64,000 bases of DNA from Octopus sinensis (lineage: Eukaryota), in assembly GCF_006345805.1 (NCBI RefSeq), contig NC_043006.1, positions 51,522,001-51,586,000 of the forward strand. Reading direction: 5' to 3'. This document shows positions 23,818 to 38,399 of the stretch, piece after piece. Both the position numbers and the translations under genes were made by a program. How positions within the stretch are numbered: position 1 is the stretch's first letter; every line of letters starts with the position of its first letter. A model generated the notes under the pieces. That model saw only the letters and a list, made by a program, of their open reading frames with translations. It searched no databases and had not been told where the DNA came from.

Positions 23818-24024
23818 GCGCCGCCTTGACTGGTTTCTGTGCCGGTGGCACGTAAAAAGCACCCACTACACTCACGGAGTGGTTGGCGTTAGGAAGGGCA
23901 TCCAGCTGTAGAAACACTGCCAGATCAGACTGGAGCCTGGTGCAGCCTCCTAGCTTCCCAGATCCCCGGTCGAACCGTCCAACCCATGCTAGCATGGAGA
24001 ACGGACGTTAAACGATGATGATGA
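23818..24024 (+). mobile_element. Solo RTE 3' end / RTE-tailed SINE fragment
   Basis: Near-identical to 12046-12208. Ends ACGATGATGATGAT. Confidence 0.85.
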
Positions 24025-24895
24025 TATATTATCCGAAGGGTACAGTATTATATATCCATCACGGATATATAATAGTACTCTTCGGATAATATACCCACTC
24101 TATTGACAGATATACGAGGGCATCTTTTTCCTGGCTTATGGGATGTTAGACGACTTACGCGCACGTGTGTGTGTGTATCCATCAAGATGTAAACATTAAC
24201 CGATATGGTTATATATAATGGGGTATACTGTCAAAATTATCCTTCTCTTAATAAGAAAAACGAGTATCCACACACCCATCCAGACCTGCGAGGCGAGGCG
24301 AACGTCTATAAAATTTCAAGTAAGCTGATAGGTACCCAGAGCGCCTTTAATTTGGAGAGATTTGTCTCCGATTTCTAGTAGGTTATAATTTAAGGAGGCA
24401 ATTGGTGTAACAGATTATTTCTGCTTCATATTTGTATCTGGTTTGCAAGATTCTTTATGTGAATTCGTGTATTGAAAAAAATTTTGTTGTGTCTAGAGAG
24501 ATTCATAACGACTCTACCGAGACAAGATTATTTCTGAAAATACAAAATAACGTTTGGGACCTTTAACGTATGTCACCGGTATCATTTAGGCAGGGTGATA
24601 TTTTCAATGACACCGCCTATATGTTATGTTTGTAAGTTCAAGTTATTTAATTGTATTAGTATTAGTAACTAACTTTATCACATAGTATTATAATTAATCT
24701 AATTATATTATGTAAACACAATACGTAAGCCAAAAAACAACAAAACAATACTAGTCTATAGTTACAGGGATTTCATAACTTATAAGAATTCATCGAAACT
24801 TTATAAGGGAGACGTTAATAACTTCAACGCAATATATTAGCAATATAGGTTCATTCACACAGATATACAATGGTGATAAGCCTTTAAGTAGTGAA

Positions 24896-26803
24896 ATGTT
24901 TACTAATGAAAAATCATTACATGAAAATATTCCTGAATATTGTTGTGAGATTTGTAGAAAAAGTTTCTCTTCAGACCACGAAGTTGTCGCACATAAAAAA
25001 ACACACAATAGAAAATCTCCTTCCTACTGCGAAGTCTGTGGAAAATATTTTGTTTATAAATGTAATTTAGCAAGGCATCAGAGAGTACACACTGGGGAAA
25101 AACCGTATAGTTGTGAATTATGTGGAAAATGTTTTGTCTCTAAAAGTAATTTAAAAACCCACAAAAAAATACACGCTGGAGAAAAATCGTTTCGTTGTGA
25201 AATATGCGGAAAAACTTCTGATTCTAAGAGTAATTTAACAACTCACAAAAGAGTGCATACTGGCGAGAAGCCTTTTCGCTGCGAAATATGCGGGAAATCC
25301 TTCTCTGTTAATTCTAATCTCGTAGTTCATAAACGTTGTCATACTGGAGAAAAGCCCTATACCTGTGAAATATGTGGAAAGTCTTACATCACCAACAGTT
25401 ATTTAACGACACACAAACGAATACACAGTGGAGAAAAACCGTTTAAATGTAAAATATGTGGGATTTCCTTTACAGAGAATTCTAAGCTTACAATTCACCT
25501 ACGTAAACATACTGGAGAAAAACCGTATTGCTGTGAGATATGCGGGAAGTCTTTTGTCAATAACAGTTATTTAACAAGTCATAGTAGGATACATACGGGC
25601 GAAAAACCCTATCGCTGTGAAATATGCGGAAAATCTTTCACTCAGAATTCGAGTCTTGTTATTCACCAACGTAGTCACACTGGAGAAAAACCCTGTCACT
25701 GTGGGATATGTGGAAAGTCCTTCTCTAATAATTCCAGTCTTGTTATTCACCAACGACATCACACTGGAGAAAAACCCTGTCACTGTGGAATTTGTGGCAT
25801 ATCTTTCTGTGATAGTTCAAGTCTTGTTGTTCACGTACGTAGTCACACTGGGGAAAAGCCGTACCGTTGTGAAATATGCGGAAAATCTTTTATGTTAAAC
25901 AGTGTCTTAAAAACACACAGAAGGATACATACAGGGGAAAAACCCTATGACTGCAAAATATGCGGAAAATCATTCATTAATAATTCAAACCTTGTTATCC
26001 ACATACGTAGTCACACCGGAGAAAAACCGTATCGATGTGAGATATGTGAGAAATCATTTGCCTCCAACGTTGGTTTAAAAACGCACCAAAAAATACACTC
26101 CGGGGAAAACCGATTTCACTGTGAAATTTGTGACAAATCTTTCATTAATAATTCAAAGCTTGTTATCCATAAGCGTAGTCACACAGGAGAAAAACCATAT
26201 CGTTGTCAGATATGCGGGAAATCATTCAGGTTGAGCAGTGTCCTAAAAACGCACAGAAGAATACATACAGGGGAAAAACCCTGTGATTGCAAAATATGCG
26301 GTAAATCATTCATTAATAATTCTTGTCTTGAAGTTCACAAAAGAACACATACTGGGGAAAAACCTTATTATTGTGTGTTATGTGAGAGATCATTTATCAG
26401 TAATTCTCATTTAGTTATTCACAGGCGAATGCACACCGGTGAACAACCTTATCGTTGTGATATTTGTGGAAAATCTTTTGTCTTTAACTGTTATTTAACA
26501 AAACACAAACTAACACATACTGGAGAAAGCCTGTTCCACTGTGAAATGTGTGGGAAATCTTTCAATGAAAATTCCAAATTTACAATCCACAAACGTAGAC
26601 ACAATGGCGAAGACCCATTCCGCTGCGAAATATGTGGTAAATCGTTCACAGTGAATTATAGTCTTGCCATACATAAACGTAGCCATACTGGAGAAAAACC
26701 TTATCATTGTGGGACGTGTAGGAAATCATTTGCCAGTAACAGTCACTTAAGAAAACATGAACAATTACACACTAGAGGTAAACCTTTTAAATGTGAAATG
26801 TGA
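24896..26803 (+). CDS. C2H2 zinc-finger protein, 22 fingers, 635 aa (N-terminus may extend by splicing)
   Basis: I counted 22 CxxC-x12-HxxxH units with TGEKP linkers. The frame is open 39 codons further upstream without an ATG. Confidence 0.95.
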   Translation: MFTNEKSLHENIPEYCCEICRKSFSSDHEVVAHKKTHNRKSPSYCEVCGKYFVYKCNLARHQRVHTGEKPYSCELCGKCFVSKSNLKTHKKIHAGEKSFRCEICGKTSDSKSNLTTHKRVHTGEKPFRCEICGKSFSVNSNLVVHKRCHTGEKPYTCEICGKSYITNSYLTTHKRIHSGEKPFKCKICGISFTENSKLTIHLRKHTGEKPYCCEICGKSFVNNSYLTSHSRIHTGEKPYRCEICGKSFTQNSSLVIHQRSHTGEKPCHCGICGKSFSNNSSLVIHQRHHTGEKPCHCGICGISFCDSSSLVVHVRSHTGEKPYRCEICGKSFMLNSVLKTHRRIHTGEKPYDCKICGKSFINNSNLVIHIRSHTGEKPYRCEICEKSFASNVGLKTHQKIHSGENRFHCEICDKSFINNSKLVIHKRSHTGEKPYRCQICGKSFRLSSVLKTHRRIHTGEKPCDCKICGKSFINNSCLEVHKRTHTGEKPYYCVLCERSFISNSHLVIHRRMHTGEQPYRCDICGKSFVFNCYLTKHKLTHTGESLFHCEMCGKSFNENSKFTIHKRRHNGEDPFRCEICGKSFTVNYSLAIHKRSHTGEKPYHCGTCRKSFASNSHLRKHEQLHTRGKPFKCEM

Positions 26804-27399
26804 AAAACCTTCTTACAAATCTAAACTTATAGTCCACCAAGTAAACATTGGAGAAAATTTGTCATGGTGAATCATCACCATTTGACATTCACTTCCAATA
26901 CTGGCATGAATTGGACAGTTTGGTATGGTTGAAGTCTGCATACTCAGAAGTTCTTGCTTAGCCAGAGGACTGCATCTCCTGTTTCATTTTTGGTTTGGTT
27001 ACTATGACTGGATGCCGTTCCAAATACCAACCACTTTACTGAGTCTACTGGATACTTTTTCATGGCACCAGCACTAGAGAGGTGTCATTTATTTAGTAAG
27101 ATCTGCACAACTTTACACTTGACAGAGTGCCCTGGGTGTATTTTTTTTTTATGGTATCAGCACTAGAGAGATAATCATGACCTTAGTATGACTAAAAGTA
27201 CTTCATGACCCTATATCTCTGCTTGCTTGTTGATATCTTTACAGATTGAGAGACATGAATGATAGTGATAGGACTGTGAGAGGAGGAGCGTAATAGAGAT
27301 AATCAATACTCTGAGGTAGATATGTATATTCAAGGCAACATCACCCATGAGATAGAACACTGATAGAAACCCAGAATTTGTGGGAGAAAAGGAGCAAAA

Positions 27400-27625
27400 G
27401 TATGGTATTTTACTCTAGGCACAAGGCCTGACATTTTTTAGGGAGGGGGCCAGTCGATTAGATCGGCCCCAGTACGCAACTGATACTAGATTTATCGACC
27501 CCGAAAGAATGAAAGGCAAAGTTGACCTCGGCAGAATTTGAACTCAGAACCTAAAGACAGACGCTATATCGCTAAGCATTTTGCCCAGCGTACTAACAAT
27601 ACATCCAGTTCTCCGCCTTGGAGCA
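27400..27625 (-). mobile_element. SINE family B (Nin/Deu-like central block TTTGCCTTTCATCCTTTCGGGGTCGATAAA)
   Basis: Other copies lie at ~40011-40247(+), 42093-42205(+), 45265-45430(-), 49957-50172(+), 51158-51380(+), 55225-55425(-) and 55445-55635(-). The domain name is from recall. Confidence 0.75.
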
Positions 27626-28805
27626 AAAGTATAATGGCAAACAGGTTGATGACAGAAAGTACAGGCAGAGAGGGTGATGGTGGAGTGTGAGTCAGAAATC
27701 ATTCTTGTTGAGTTCCAATTCCTTAAAAAAGAAATACTCATATTAAGGAGAAACCCTTTACTAAAATATTTGTGAATTATAAGCTTGAAGTTAACAAATG
27801 CTGGACAAAATAAAAATTTTATATAGATATGTATGTTTGTATACACATCTATTAATGTGAACTATATAAGGAATCATTCAGGTAATTCTCTGAATTCTAA
27901 TTTCGTAATCAACAAATACACACTTTGGAAAAATATATTCACAGTTATTTGTCATTAAAGTTTCTTACAGAAACAATCTCATTAAACATGACTGGAAAAC
28001 ATAGCAATGAACTTTATTGGTTTGAAATTTAAGGAAAATTGTTTTTATAAAGCCATATTGTTAAACAGTAAATATATAATAATAATAATGAAATTATTGT
28101 ATACAGAGTATGCTCAATTGGGCTACCCCTGAGGGGATGAACATATAAGAGGAACATACTATTGAGATGATTCTATAGCAAGTAAAAAGAAGAAATTGAG
28201 AAATTCATGTAAAATTTTATCACTTAAATTTGTAACAAAATTTGTAAATTAAAATATTATAAATAAAAATCTTTTTTGTTGGTTGTTCTTTTCTGGCAGT
28301 CAAAATAATCCATTTCAAAGTTATTTTACTCTTGAAAATACTATGGCAAAATATTATTTCCCAAAATTGTGTCTCCATACATAATTTACAGAAACCTAAA
28401 GATATTTAGTTAGGCATCTTGATATACCGGGGGTTGTTAGAACATTCTCGTAGCTTTGTGGACATATTGCTTCATTGATTAGATTGAATTCTACAGTTAT
28501 TCTATGTTTTGATATTTTCAGTTTTTGCTTGTTTAAAAGACATCTGTACTTGGATGATCAATGCCTGGCAACATGTATATTTTTATTGAAGTTAAGTCCA
28601 CAGATACCATTCCCAATTATTTTGAATAAATACTGTCAGAACTACACAGCTATAAACCATATGAAAACACCAATCCCTAGTTGTTAGTGAGTTGCAATAG
28701 TAGATTAGAAAAAAGATTTGTTCTTGTACTTGGTAAAATTAATATAAAATATCCTGTGTATATCTCAGTGTATTCTACCAAAGTCAATGAAACTGAATTT
28801 TTTTC

Positions 28806-29043
28806 GTGCCCTTTTTAAAGCCTAGCCAGGCTCATGGGCCTGGTTTCTATGGCATATGTCTTCCCCAGCTGGACGGGACGCCAGTCCATCGCAGCGTTAC
28901 TCATTTTTGCCAGCTGAGTGGACTGGAGCAAAGTGAAATGAAGTGTTTTGCTCAAGAACACAACACGTCGCCCGGTCCAGGAATCGAAACCACAATCTTA
29001 CGATCATGATGCTGATACTCTAACCACTAAGCCACATGCCTCC
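28806..29043 (-). mobile_element. tRNA-derived SINE with V-domain-like block
   Basis: The minus strand has head GTGGCTTAGTGGTTAGAG...GGTTTCGATTCC, then TTGAGCAAAACACTT and GCGATGGACTGGCGTCCCGTCCAG. Confidence 0.7.
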
Positions 29044-29739
29044 ACAATGAAACTGAATAGCATCTAGTATCTCATTATTGTCAATGGCAGCTCTACCACC
29101 AAGGTAAAACTAGTAGAAGATGCTGCCACCAATACTATTATCTGCCTCTACCACTATTGCCACTATAATTTCCACCGCCTCTATTACTAAGGTAGCTGGT
29201 AGAAGAAATATGACTATACTTATATTCATGAATGTATAATCATGGTATCATGAGGCCTGTGTGTGTCAATGTTTTATTCAGAAACTACTGAACAAATATC
29301 CACATCATTTATCATTCCACAAGAAGATGCAAAACAAAGTAAAGTTTTTAAAATTATGTTTTAAATTTTCAAATTTCTATAGTAAAATCAGAAAATATTG
29401 TCTTACAGTTATTTCCTTTGCACAGCTCTTCAGAGAAAGAGAGAATGAAACAGAACATGAGCAAGAGAGATAATGCATTGGAGAACATGAAGAAAAGTCA
29501 GATAAAATAAATGCAAATGAGTCATATGGAGAGAGGGAAAGTGGTCTTGTAGATAATGAGAGAGAGGGAGATGTATTATCTATAGTGGTATGTGTCAAAA
29601 AGTGACAGTCACAGACCACAATTATTACTTTTAACTCTTGTAACATTGGTTCAATTTCCGAGGATTTCTAAAACTAGTGGAATGCCTGTCAACAGCAGAG
29701 ACAAAATGGAAGCAAAATATCATCTTCATCACTGAACTC

Positions 29740-30148
29740 TAGACACCTACCATATTCTGAGCGCCTTGTTTCCCTGGGCATGGATTCACTGAAGCTCCGG
29801 CGTCTGCGACGGACTTGGTAAACACCCACAAGGTTATCAACCACCTCACCAACAACAACACTGAACACCTTTTTGATCTCCATGTGTCTAACACACGTGG
29901 ACATGCCTACAAAGTCAGAAAACAACACAGCTCCCATGACTTTCGGAAACATTTTTTCACGCTCAGGGTTGCTGAAGCGTGGAATAAACTGCCTGCGTCA
30001 GTTGTTGACTGCCATGACACTGCATCCTTTAAGGCCCTCATGCTTTCCGAAATCCGCCGAAACTACACCTGATTATATATTATACACTTTAGATGAGTTG
30101 TAGTGCACCTGAGCACTGTACACAATTATTATTATTATTATTATTATA
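29740..30148 (+). mobile_element. CR1-type LINE 3' end
   Basis: PYSERLVSLGMDSLKLRR and TRGHAYKV...FFTLRVAEAWNKLPASVV (CR1 RT C-terminus). Tail GTGCACCTGAGCACTGTACACA(ATT)n. Confidence 0.9.
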
Positions 30149-30956
30149 TCCATATGAAACTGATCTTACAAAGATTAATATAGAATAATCTATACAACTT
30201 TAAAGCAATTCAAAAGTTCATATATACATTAAAAAGACTGTGGTGTTGTTTGAGCAAGATTTGACTGGTATTTCAAGCAGGCCTAGTTACCATATGATTC
30301 ATGGCTAGAATACTGTTGATCTTCATGAAACAGTGGTAACCATTAAGTTTAAGGAGAATGAATAGCTTTGCAAAAAAGAACATGCAGGAGAATAGAAAAA
30401 AAAAAATGAGAAAAATGTTGTGATAGAGATAGGCTGGCAGACCAGAGAATGACAGAGTCAACATCCCTATTTTCATCTGTGAGTAACATGGTGAAAAGGA
30501 GTTTGAAACTGTATGAACAGAACTTATGATTTTGCTGGGAGTAGAAGAAATATAGGTTCACCCTTTACCAACTTTGCTTCTTCATAACCTTCCTAACTGC
30601 ACATATTTTTCAGATGAAATTTTACAAATATAAGTATATTAGATTACATCTAATTTTTTTTTCATATCCAGGAAGTAAAGAAGTTCATTCAATAACTTGT
30701 TCATAATCATTGCATAGCATAATGGTATGGAATGAGGCATATTACAGAATATCACCCAAAATATTTTTTTGTCTGTATTGTAGCAGGCTAAATATAAAGT
30801 TGATACTTTCTCTTCTTGCTTGCTTGCCAATTTTATATCAACAATGAATATCAGATTTTTTAAAAAGTTGTGTTTAGATTATGTGTAAGTCATTGAATGG
30901 TTAAAAATACCTTTCTTTCTTACAAAATCTATCTATATATGTGTATATGTATGCAA

Positions 30957-30994
<38 letters not shown>

Positions 30995-31672
30995 ATATAC
31001 AAACATACATATAAAAAATTTTAATGTAAAAAGAGGTTTTTTTAGTTATAAGATGAAATTATGAGATGTAATGAAGTAATCGATGAAAACAGTGACAGAC
31101 AGCCAAACTTTTAACCACTTCTCAAAGCATATTTTCTTTTGGTTCGTGAATGATCTCTTAAGTTATTACATGATTTAGTCAGTTATTACAAGCACTTTAT
31201 ATATAAAAGCAAGGAAACATTTATCTTAATGTGAAAGTGAATGTATGTTCCAAGTTGGTCACAATGTTGCATCTAGGTAGCTGAAATGTTGGATAGGGAC
31301 AAGCCTTTTCATCAAACTCATGGGTTATGCGACTGTTGACATTTCCCCCCTTTAGTTCGTAACAGAAAATCCTAGAATATTCGGCAGAGGTCAAGAATAT
31401 GCACACTTGTTTATGACTTAACCCTAAACACTGGGTGTGCGTATTCTTTACCTTCGCCAAATATTCTATACCCCAAGTATTGCAATAGACATTGGATAAA
31501 CTTACCGATCAGTTAAAATTAATCAGTTAAAGTAATTAAGTAAATTACTATAGTATCTGGGGTGGGAAGAGTTTCTTTTGCGAGGAAATATACAAATGGA
31601 AGAGTAAAATTATAAACCCTCCCTTTCACCCACCCATTTTGATGAGTTTCATCAAAATGAGTTTGGGTGGAA

Positions 31673-32042
31673 GTAAAGGACATGGACCGCACCCACTTTG
31701 TTTTTTGGGTTTTTTTCCAACAGAAACTCACTTTTTCGACCGCGGAAATTCTGAATCTGTAAAAAAATCGGCATTTCAAAATTTAATAAAAATTAGGTTT
31801 TTTTTTAATTTTGCACACACACACACGACAACAAAATGACATTAAAATTTTTTTTTCTTTGTTTGGTAATTCGTATTTAGAAAGTGGATCGGATCTTCGG
31901 TTTGGGAATTAAAATTTTAGTATGCCGATTTTTTTTTTTTTTTGCAGATTCGGAATCTCTGCAGTCGAAAAAGTGGGTTTTTGTAGAACACCCCTTCCTC
32001 CACCGCCCCAAAACGAAAGGGGGTGTGGTCCATGTCCTTTAC
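31673..32042. repeat. Imperfect inverted repeat (~120-140-bp arms), MITE-like
   Basis: GTAAAGGACATGGACC...CACTTTTTCGAC...GAATCTG...TCGGCAT (31673-31790) is inverted at 31905-32042. Confidence 0.75.
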
Positions 32043-33138
32043 CCCCGCCAATGTTTGAATACAACACTTCGATGAAAAGTGCTAATACCACTTTAAAGCA
32101 ATTTTGCGTGAATCAAAATGTAGTTATTTCATGTTGCTTTTGTTTTAGTTATTTATAAAACTAAGGTCAGCTACAGCTGTTAAAAATAAACTGTTACGTT
32201 TATAAATTTAGTGAGAAGTGGATTGTATTTACTGGAGGTTTCATTGATTGAATGGTAAGAACTGATTTCTAATCGTTAGAGAGTGCTATATGGTTTCCTG
32301 TTGTTATTGTTATTGATCTCCGGGACAAGCCGAGAAGTAAATTAGATAACATTGTAAAAATTATATTTAAAAAAGAAAGACGAGAAATTGTGCTGGAGGC
32401 GTGTAGGGAATAAGTGATAACAAGTGAACGAAAACTAAGACTGCATTCTAAGAGACAGCAAAAGAAATAAAGGACGACAAGTATTGTTTAGATTTGGGAA
32501 ACACAATATTGAAATTTTGGAGAAATACAAGGAGAGCCTTTAATCAGCAATTGCTTTTTTGGTTGATTGTATAATAATATGACAACTAGAATCATATAAT
32601 AGCCTTTACCGTACTTGCCGATTACTAATGACTGAATGATGATGTAGGTAAATATTTATATTATTTAAACCATGACACAAAACATTTAAATTATTTTCAT
32701 CACCAGATGTTCTGGTAGAAAATTAGAGAAAAGCGACGTAATTTATTTTCGATAGCGACAGTAAAATTTTATTTAGTAAAACACCGAAACGACGAAATAT
32801 ACATGGTTTTTGTATATTCACAGCTACAACAATGTATGTAATAATGCAGATTATTCCCTAGAGTTTCATTTGCATTTTAGTAGCTATGATCATCCAATTT
32901 TTCTTCGGTTTATAGTCAGCAAATTTAATTTTACATACTATTTTTTCACCTCCTGCACGAGACAAAAATAAACAGAAATATATGTAAGATTTTAATTAAG
33001 ACTAGATTTGTTGTTTCGTTTACCACACATCTTGTGAAGGTATTAGAATTTTTTTAATTACAAAGTGTGCGATGAAATGGACAAAGTTATAAGTGTTTTT
33101 TTTTTGTTGACGCGTATTCCAGTTCTTTGAGATAAAAT

Positions 33139-33172
<34 letters not shown>

Positions 33173-35504
33173 TGGTGATTGCTGGGGCTGGAACACGTAT
33201 AAAATGCATGGATTTAAACTGTTTTCCTTTACGTATGTTTCAGAATATGGAATATAACAAGAAGGGGCGAAGTTTTAAAACTTACGGATTTTAAAATTTT
33301 GTGTTTAGAAAAGCCCCCCCCACACACACACTCCCATATCATTTCAAAGTACATAATATTAAAAAAAATATTGAGAAATGCCTGTGAAAACGAAGAAAAT
33401 CCAACTTATGTGGGTGAGCTTTCCTGAAACGCCACTAAAAAATATCTTTTTTAGAAGTGTTTCAGAGCCTTTTTTCTTTCCTCGCCCACCACAACTTTCC
33501 GTACTTAAGCATTTTTCTCCATCCACCACTACCACCTTAAGATTTATATGTTTAATACATCACCTCTATGCAGTTTACATTCACAATATCTGTCTTCAAA
33601 ATGTTATTTACAAATATGGATTTAAAAAAAAAGTTATGAGGGAACCAAGTTTTGCGGATGGAATGATCCAAAAGTTCTATATTAACATTTTTTTAATGTT
33701 GTCAGTGTTATTGTAATCTGCACCCCCAGTAAAGTATCTTTGCAAAATTTCATTTTAAAAATAGTCGTTTTCCAGACAGTTATGAGGGGCAGCAAAATGT
33801 AGTAATGTCTATCATTTTATCTTTTACTTGTTTCAGTTATTGGACTGCAATCTTAGAAAAGTTTAGTCAAACAAATCAACACCAATACTTACTTTCTCAA
33901 GTTTGGTACTTATTCTATTGGTCTCTTAGGTGAACTACTAAGTTATAGGAACATACACCAGTTGTCAAATGGTGGAAGAACAAAGACACACATACATATA
34001 TATTTATACAACAGGCTTCCACACAGTGGGACTCAATGGAAATCACGTTGTTGCAAAGTAAAAGTCTAACCCAACGGCTGATTTTCTAAGTTGTCTTCAC
34101 AGCTTTCCTGCATTAAAGACATGTTTTCATTTTCTGTAGAATATGCTTATAAGTTTGTAACAAAATGTTTGCACAATCCATAAGTTGTTACTTAGCATTA
34201 TAAAAAAAGCAGTATCTGTTGTCAGGGGTCTCTTAGCTTAATGATACAGAGTGCTCAGCTAGATTTTGAGAAGTGTAGGTTTCAATTCTCTGTAGAGGCT
34301 TGCTGGCCACTTTTCTCCACTTTCTAAAGAGTATTTACCCAATTGTCAAAGCCATCATCAGAGCCTTCCTGCATTCGAGAAATTCTTTTATTTTCTATAC
34401 AATATATATATATAAAGGCTGAAACTTTCATATTTTTGTATATACATGGATGTATGTCTTGACATCACATGATGGCTGTAAACAAACCTCACTATCATAC
34501 AAGCAATGTTGTTTTTTCCAGTCTTCCCTGAAAAATGTGTTTGGCCATGAGGAAATATTACGTTACTTGGAAACAGGAGAGTTAGTGACTGGAAGAATAT
34601 CTGTTTGTAGAAAACCTGACTCAACAAATTCTGTTTGATCTATGCAAGTATTGAAAAGTAGATGTTAAAACAATCATGATGATAATGAACTGTATCCAAT
34701 ACCTGAGTGTTTTGTGTCTGTCTTCATCTACTTAAAAGAGAGAGAGACACACAAGATAATGGAGTCCTTGATATATAATGCGCATGAGAAGTGATGGTCT
34801 TCACCTTGGATTTAACAAAAGCAAAAACACAAAGGCAAATGATGTTTCTGAATATGCACAGATAATTATCATTTCTTATTTAGTAGTTTAACTTATATAA
34901 TGTTAAACAATCTGAAGCTATGGCTATAATTTACAAGTATATGTAGACTTTGCACATGGCTGTATGATGTAATTTTTATAATAAATTAATGAATAGGATT
35001 CAGTTGGTTAGGTGAAATTATATACCTACAGTTTATCAGAATAGAACGATAGTAAGACTTACACTGTTATCTCTTTATTTTTTAAGTATCCTCTGTATCA
35101 TATTCTGTTTTTATTTTACTATTTCAGAATACCAAATGAAGTTGGCATATTATTATGGAAAGGCTTAAGGAAGATGCTATACCAAACTTATGCAACTTTG
35201 TTTATTTAAATTCATGGTAGAATTCCTGTGGAATATTTACTTGAACTGACATTAAAAGCAAAATCTCCCAACTTTTGCTGCCTGGAAAAAGTAATAGATG
35301 ATTTGAGATTCTAATGAAACTTGAGAAAACTTTACAAAGGAAATCACAGTATCTTCAGATGTTGACAAAGATATCAGTTGATGGAAGTATATCAGCAGAA
35401 ATATTTGTACTGGTCAAAATATAAAAGTAAAAAGAAGAAAAATATCCTTGTATTGTGGTGAAAAAAGTAAAAGTATAGAAAAATGATTTATGAGAGGAAC
35501 TTAA

Positions 35505-36320
<816 letters not shown>

Positions 36321-38399
36321 AACCATATATTGTTGGCATCCTTTTTTGTCTTGGGAGACAATGGAGTTGTGCATAAAATAGTCTAGTCCGACTTTTACAT
36401 TTTCATGTCCTAATACATCTCCTGCTGTGGCTGTGTAGTTCTATCCTGGACAAACACTCCCTAAAACCATATAACTATTGTGTTAAGTCAGATTCTCTCT
36501 CAAAAAAAAATTGCATAAATAAACTACACAGAAATATATCAAATTTTGTTCTATGAAAGAAATATGATTCACAATAAATGCATTCAGACGGGAATGAACA
36601 TGTAACAGTATAACTACTTCCAGATACTTTTTTTTTTATATATACCAACTATATATTTGTGAGAAAACTTACCACACTGATATTATGAATAGAAATATTC
36701 TTTCAGAATACTAATATATATTGCATCTAACATATTTCCAGAAGAGAAATAAAATACTATTTATTTATTTGAGATTGTAGGTAAATTCTTTGAGAAATAT
36801 ATAATGATATAAACATATTAACAGTTTATTTATATTCTAGATATTATATATTCTTTCATGTGTCTTATATATGTTATTGTTGATATTTTGTTATGTATGT
36901 GCTCCCACAAACAAATGATTCTATTGTATATAATTTTGTTACATAGGCATGGCTGAGTGGATGTGGTGTTTGCTGGTGACCTTGTGATTTCAGGTTTCAT
37001 CTCTGTATGACATCTTTATCAAATATCTTCTTCCAGCGCTTACACTCTGTGTCATTGTCTGAGAAAAACATGGATGTCCTGTATGCAATATTTTGTAGCT
37101 CTACACGTTCAAAGCCTTGTGACATTAGGAAAGATGTCCAACAATAGAAACCATGTCAAAGCTGACACTGGAACCTGACACAGCTCTGTAGCTCATCAGA
37201 CCCTGTCAAACTATCTTATCCATACCAGCACGGAAAATAGACATTAAATGATGATGATGATGTAGGATTTTAAAAAGACCCTTGCTTGAAAAGCAGGAAA
37301 GAATTGACAACAGGAAGTCCATCTAGTTGTAAAATACTGCATCAGTAAATCTCTGTCCAACCTGTGTCAGTATGGAGAAATGAACGAACAAATATTCCCT
37401 TTTATTGCAATGATTGCTTTGTGACGTGATGCCTAAGCTAAATGTTAATTTGGAAGTATCAGTGTAGCATTTAACTTAATAAAAATATTTATCCAAACTG
37501 ATCTTCAATGGTTTACTTTAAAGATGTATAATTTGTGAATCATCGTCATCTTCATCAATATCCATTTTGATTGGATATTTCTGTCATACAAGTTATTGCC
37601 ATGTTTTCTCAAACTTGTGTCTGCTACCCAAAATTGTGACCATATTACTCTGAAATTTAAATAAAGCTGTTTTATCCTGAAATTATTCTTTTCTCATTTT
37701 ATATGTAGAAGATCTAATTAAAACTTGTACTGATCATAAATAGAATTAAGACTTGCATATTTATCCAAACTGATCTTCAATTGTTTAATTTAAAGCTGTA
37801 TAATTTGTTGATTTTATTTCATATCAATTGTTAAATATTAGAGATTGTAATATAATTTAGTATATTAAATGATAATAGCAGTAATGTAGTCAATAGGTTG
37901 ACAGTAGTAACCTGGAAGCAATGAAATATGATTAATTCGTGATGCAATTAAAATGTGACACATATTGTCTTTATGAGTGAGATATAGTCCTCTCACTTAT
38001 CTAGGTGAGCTGAATTCTGAATAAGAATAGACTTGGACTTTAATGACCCATCAAACCTATATTTGTGACAATCTAGCCCCATCATCACAAAGACAGAGAA
38101 ACTGTTCATATCAAGGAAGTAATCTTGTACCTCACCCGCTCTAGTTTTGGATGGCATGCAGTTAAAACCTTTCAGAATCACTACAAATAATAGATCTTGC
38201 AATCTGATGAGTTTTCCTAGTTACCTTGCATATGTACAACATAACTAAATCTGCATCTCCAAAACTGACCTTCTTTTTCAGAAACAGGAAATTCTTATTT
38301 CTGATCAGTTATTAATCTTCCATAAAAAGGCTTAATCACATCTTATATTCTTTTAGTAAAATGGAGGATAAACTTACTTGTTTTATCTATTATTATACT

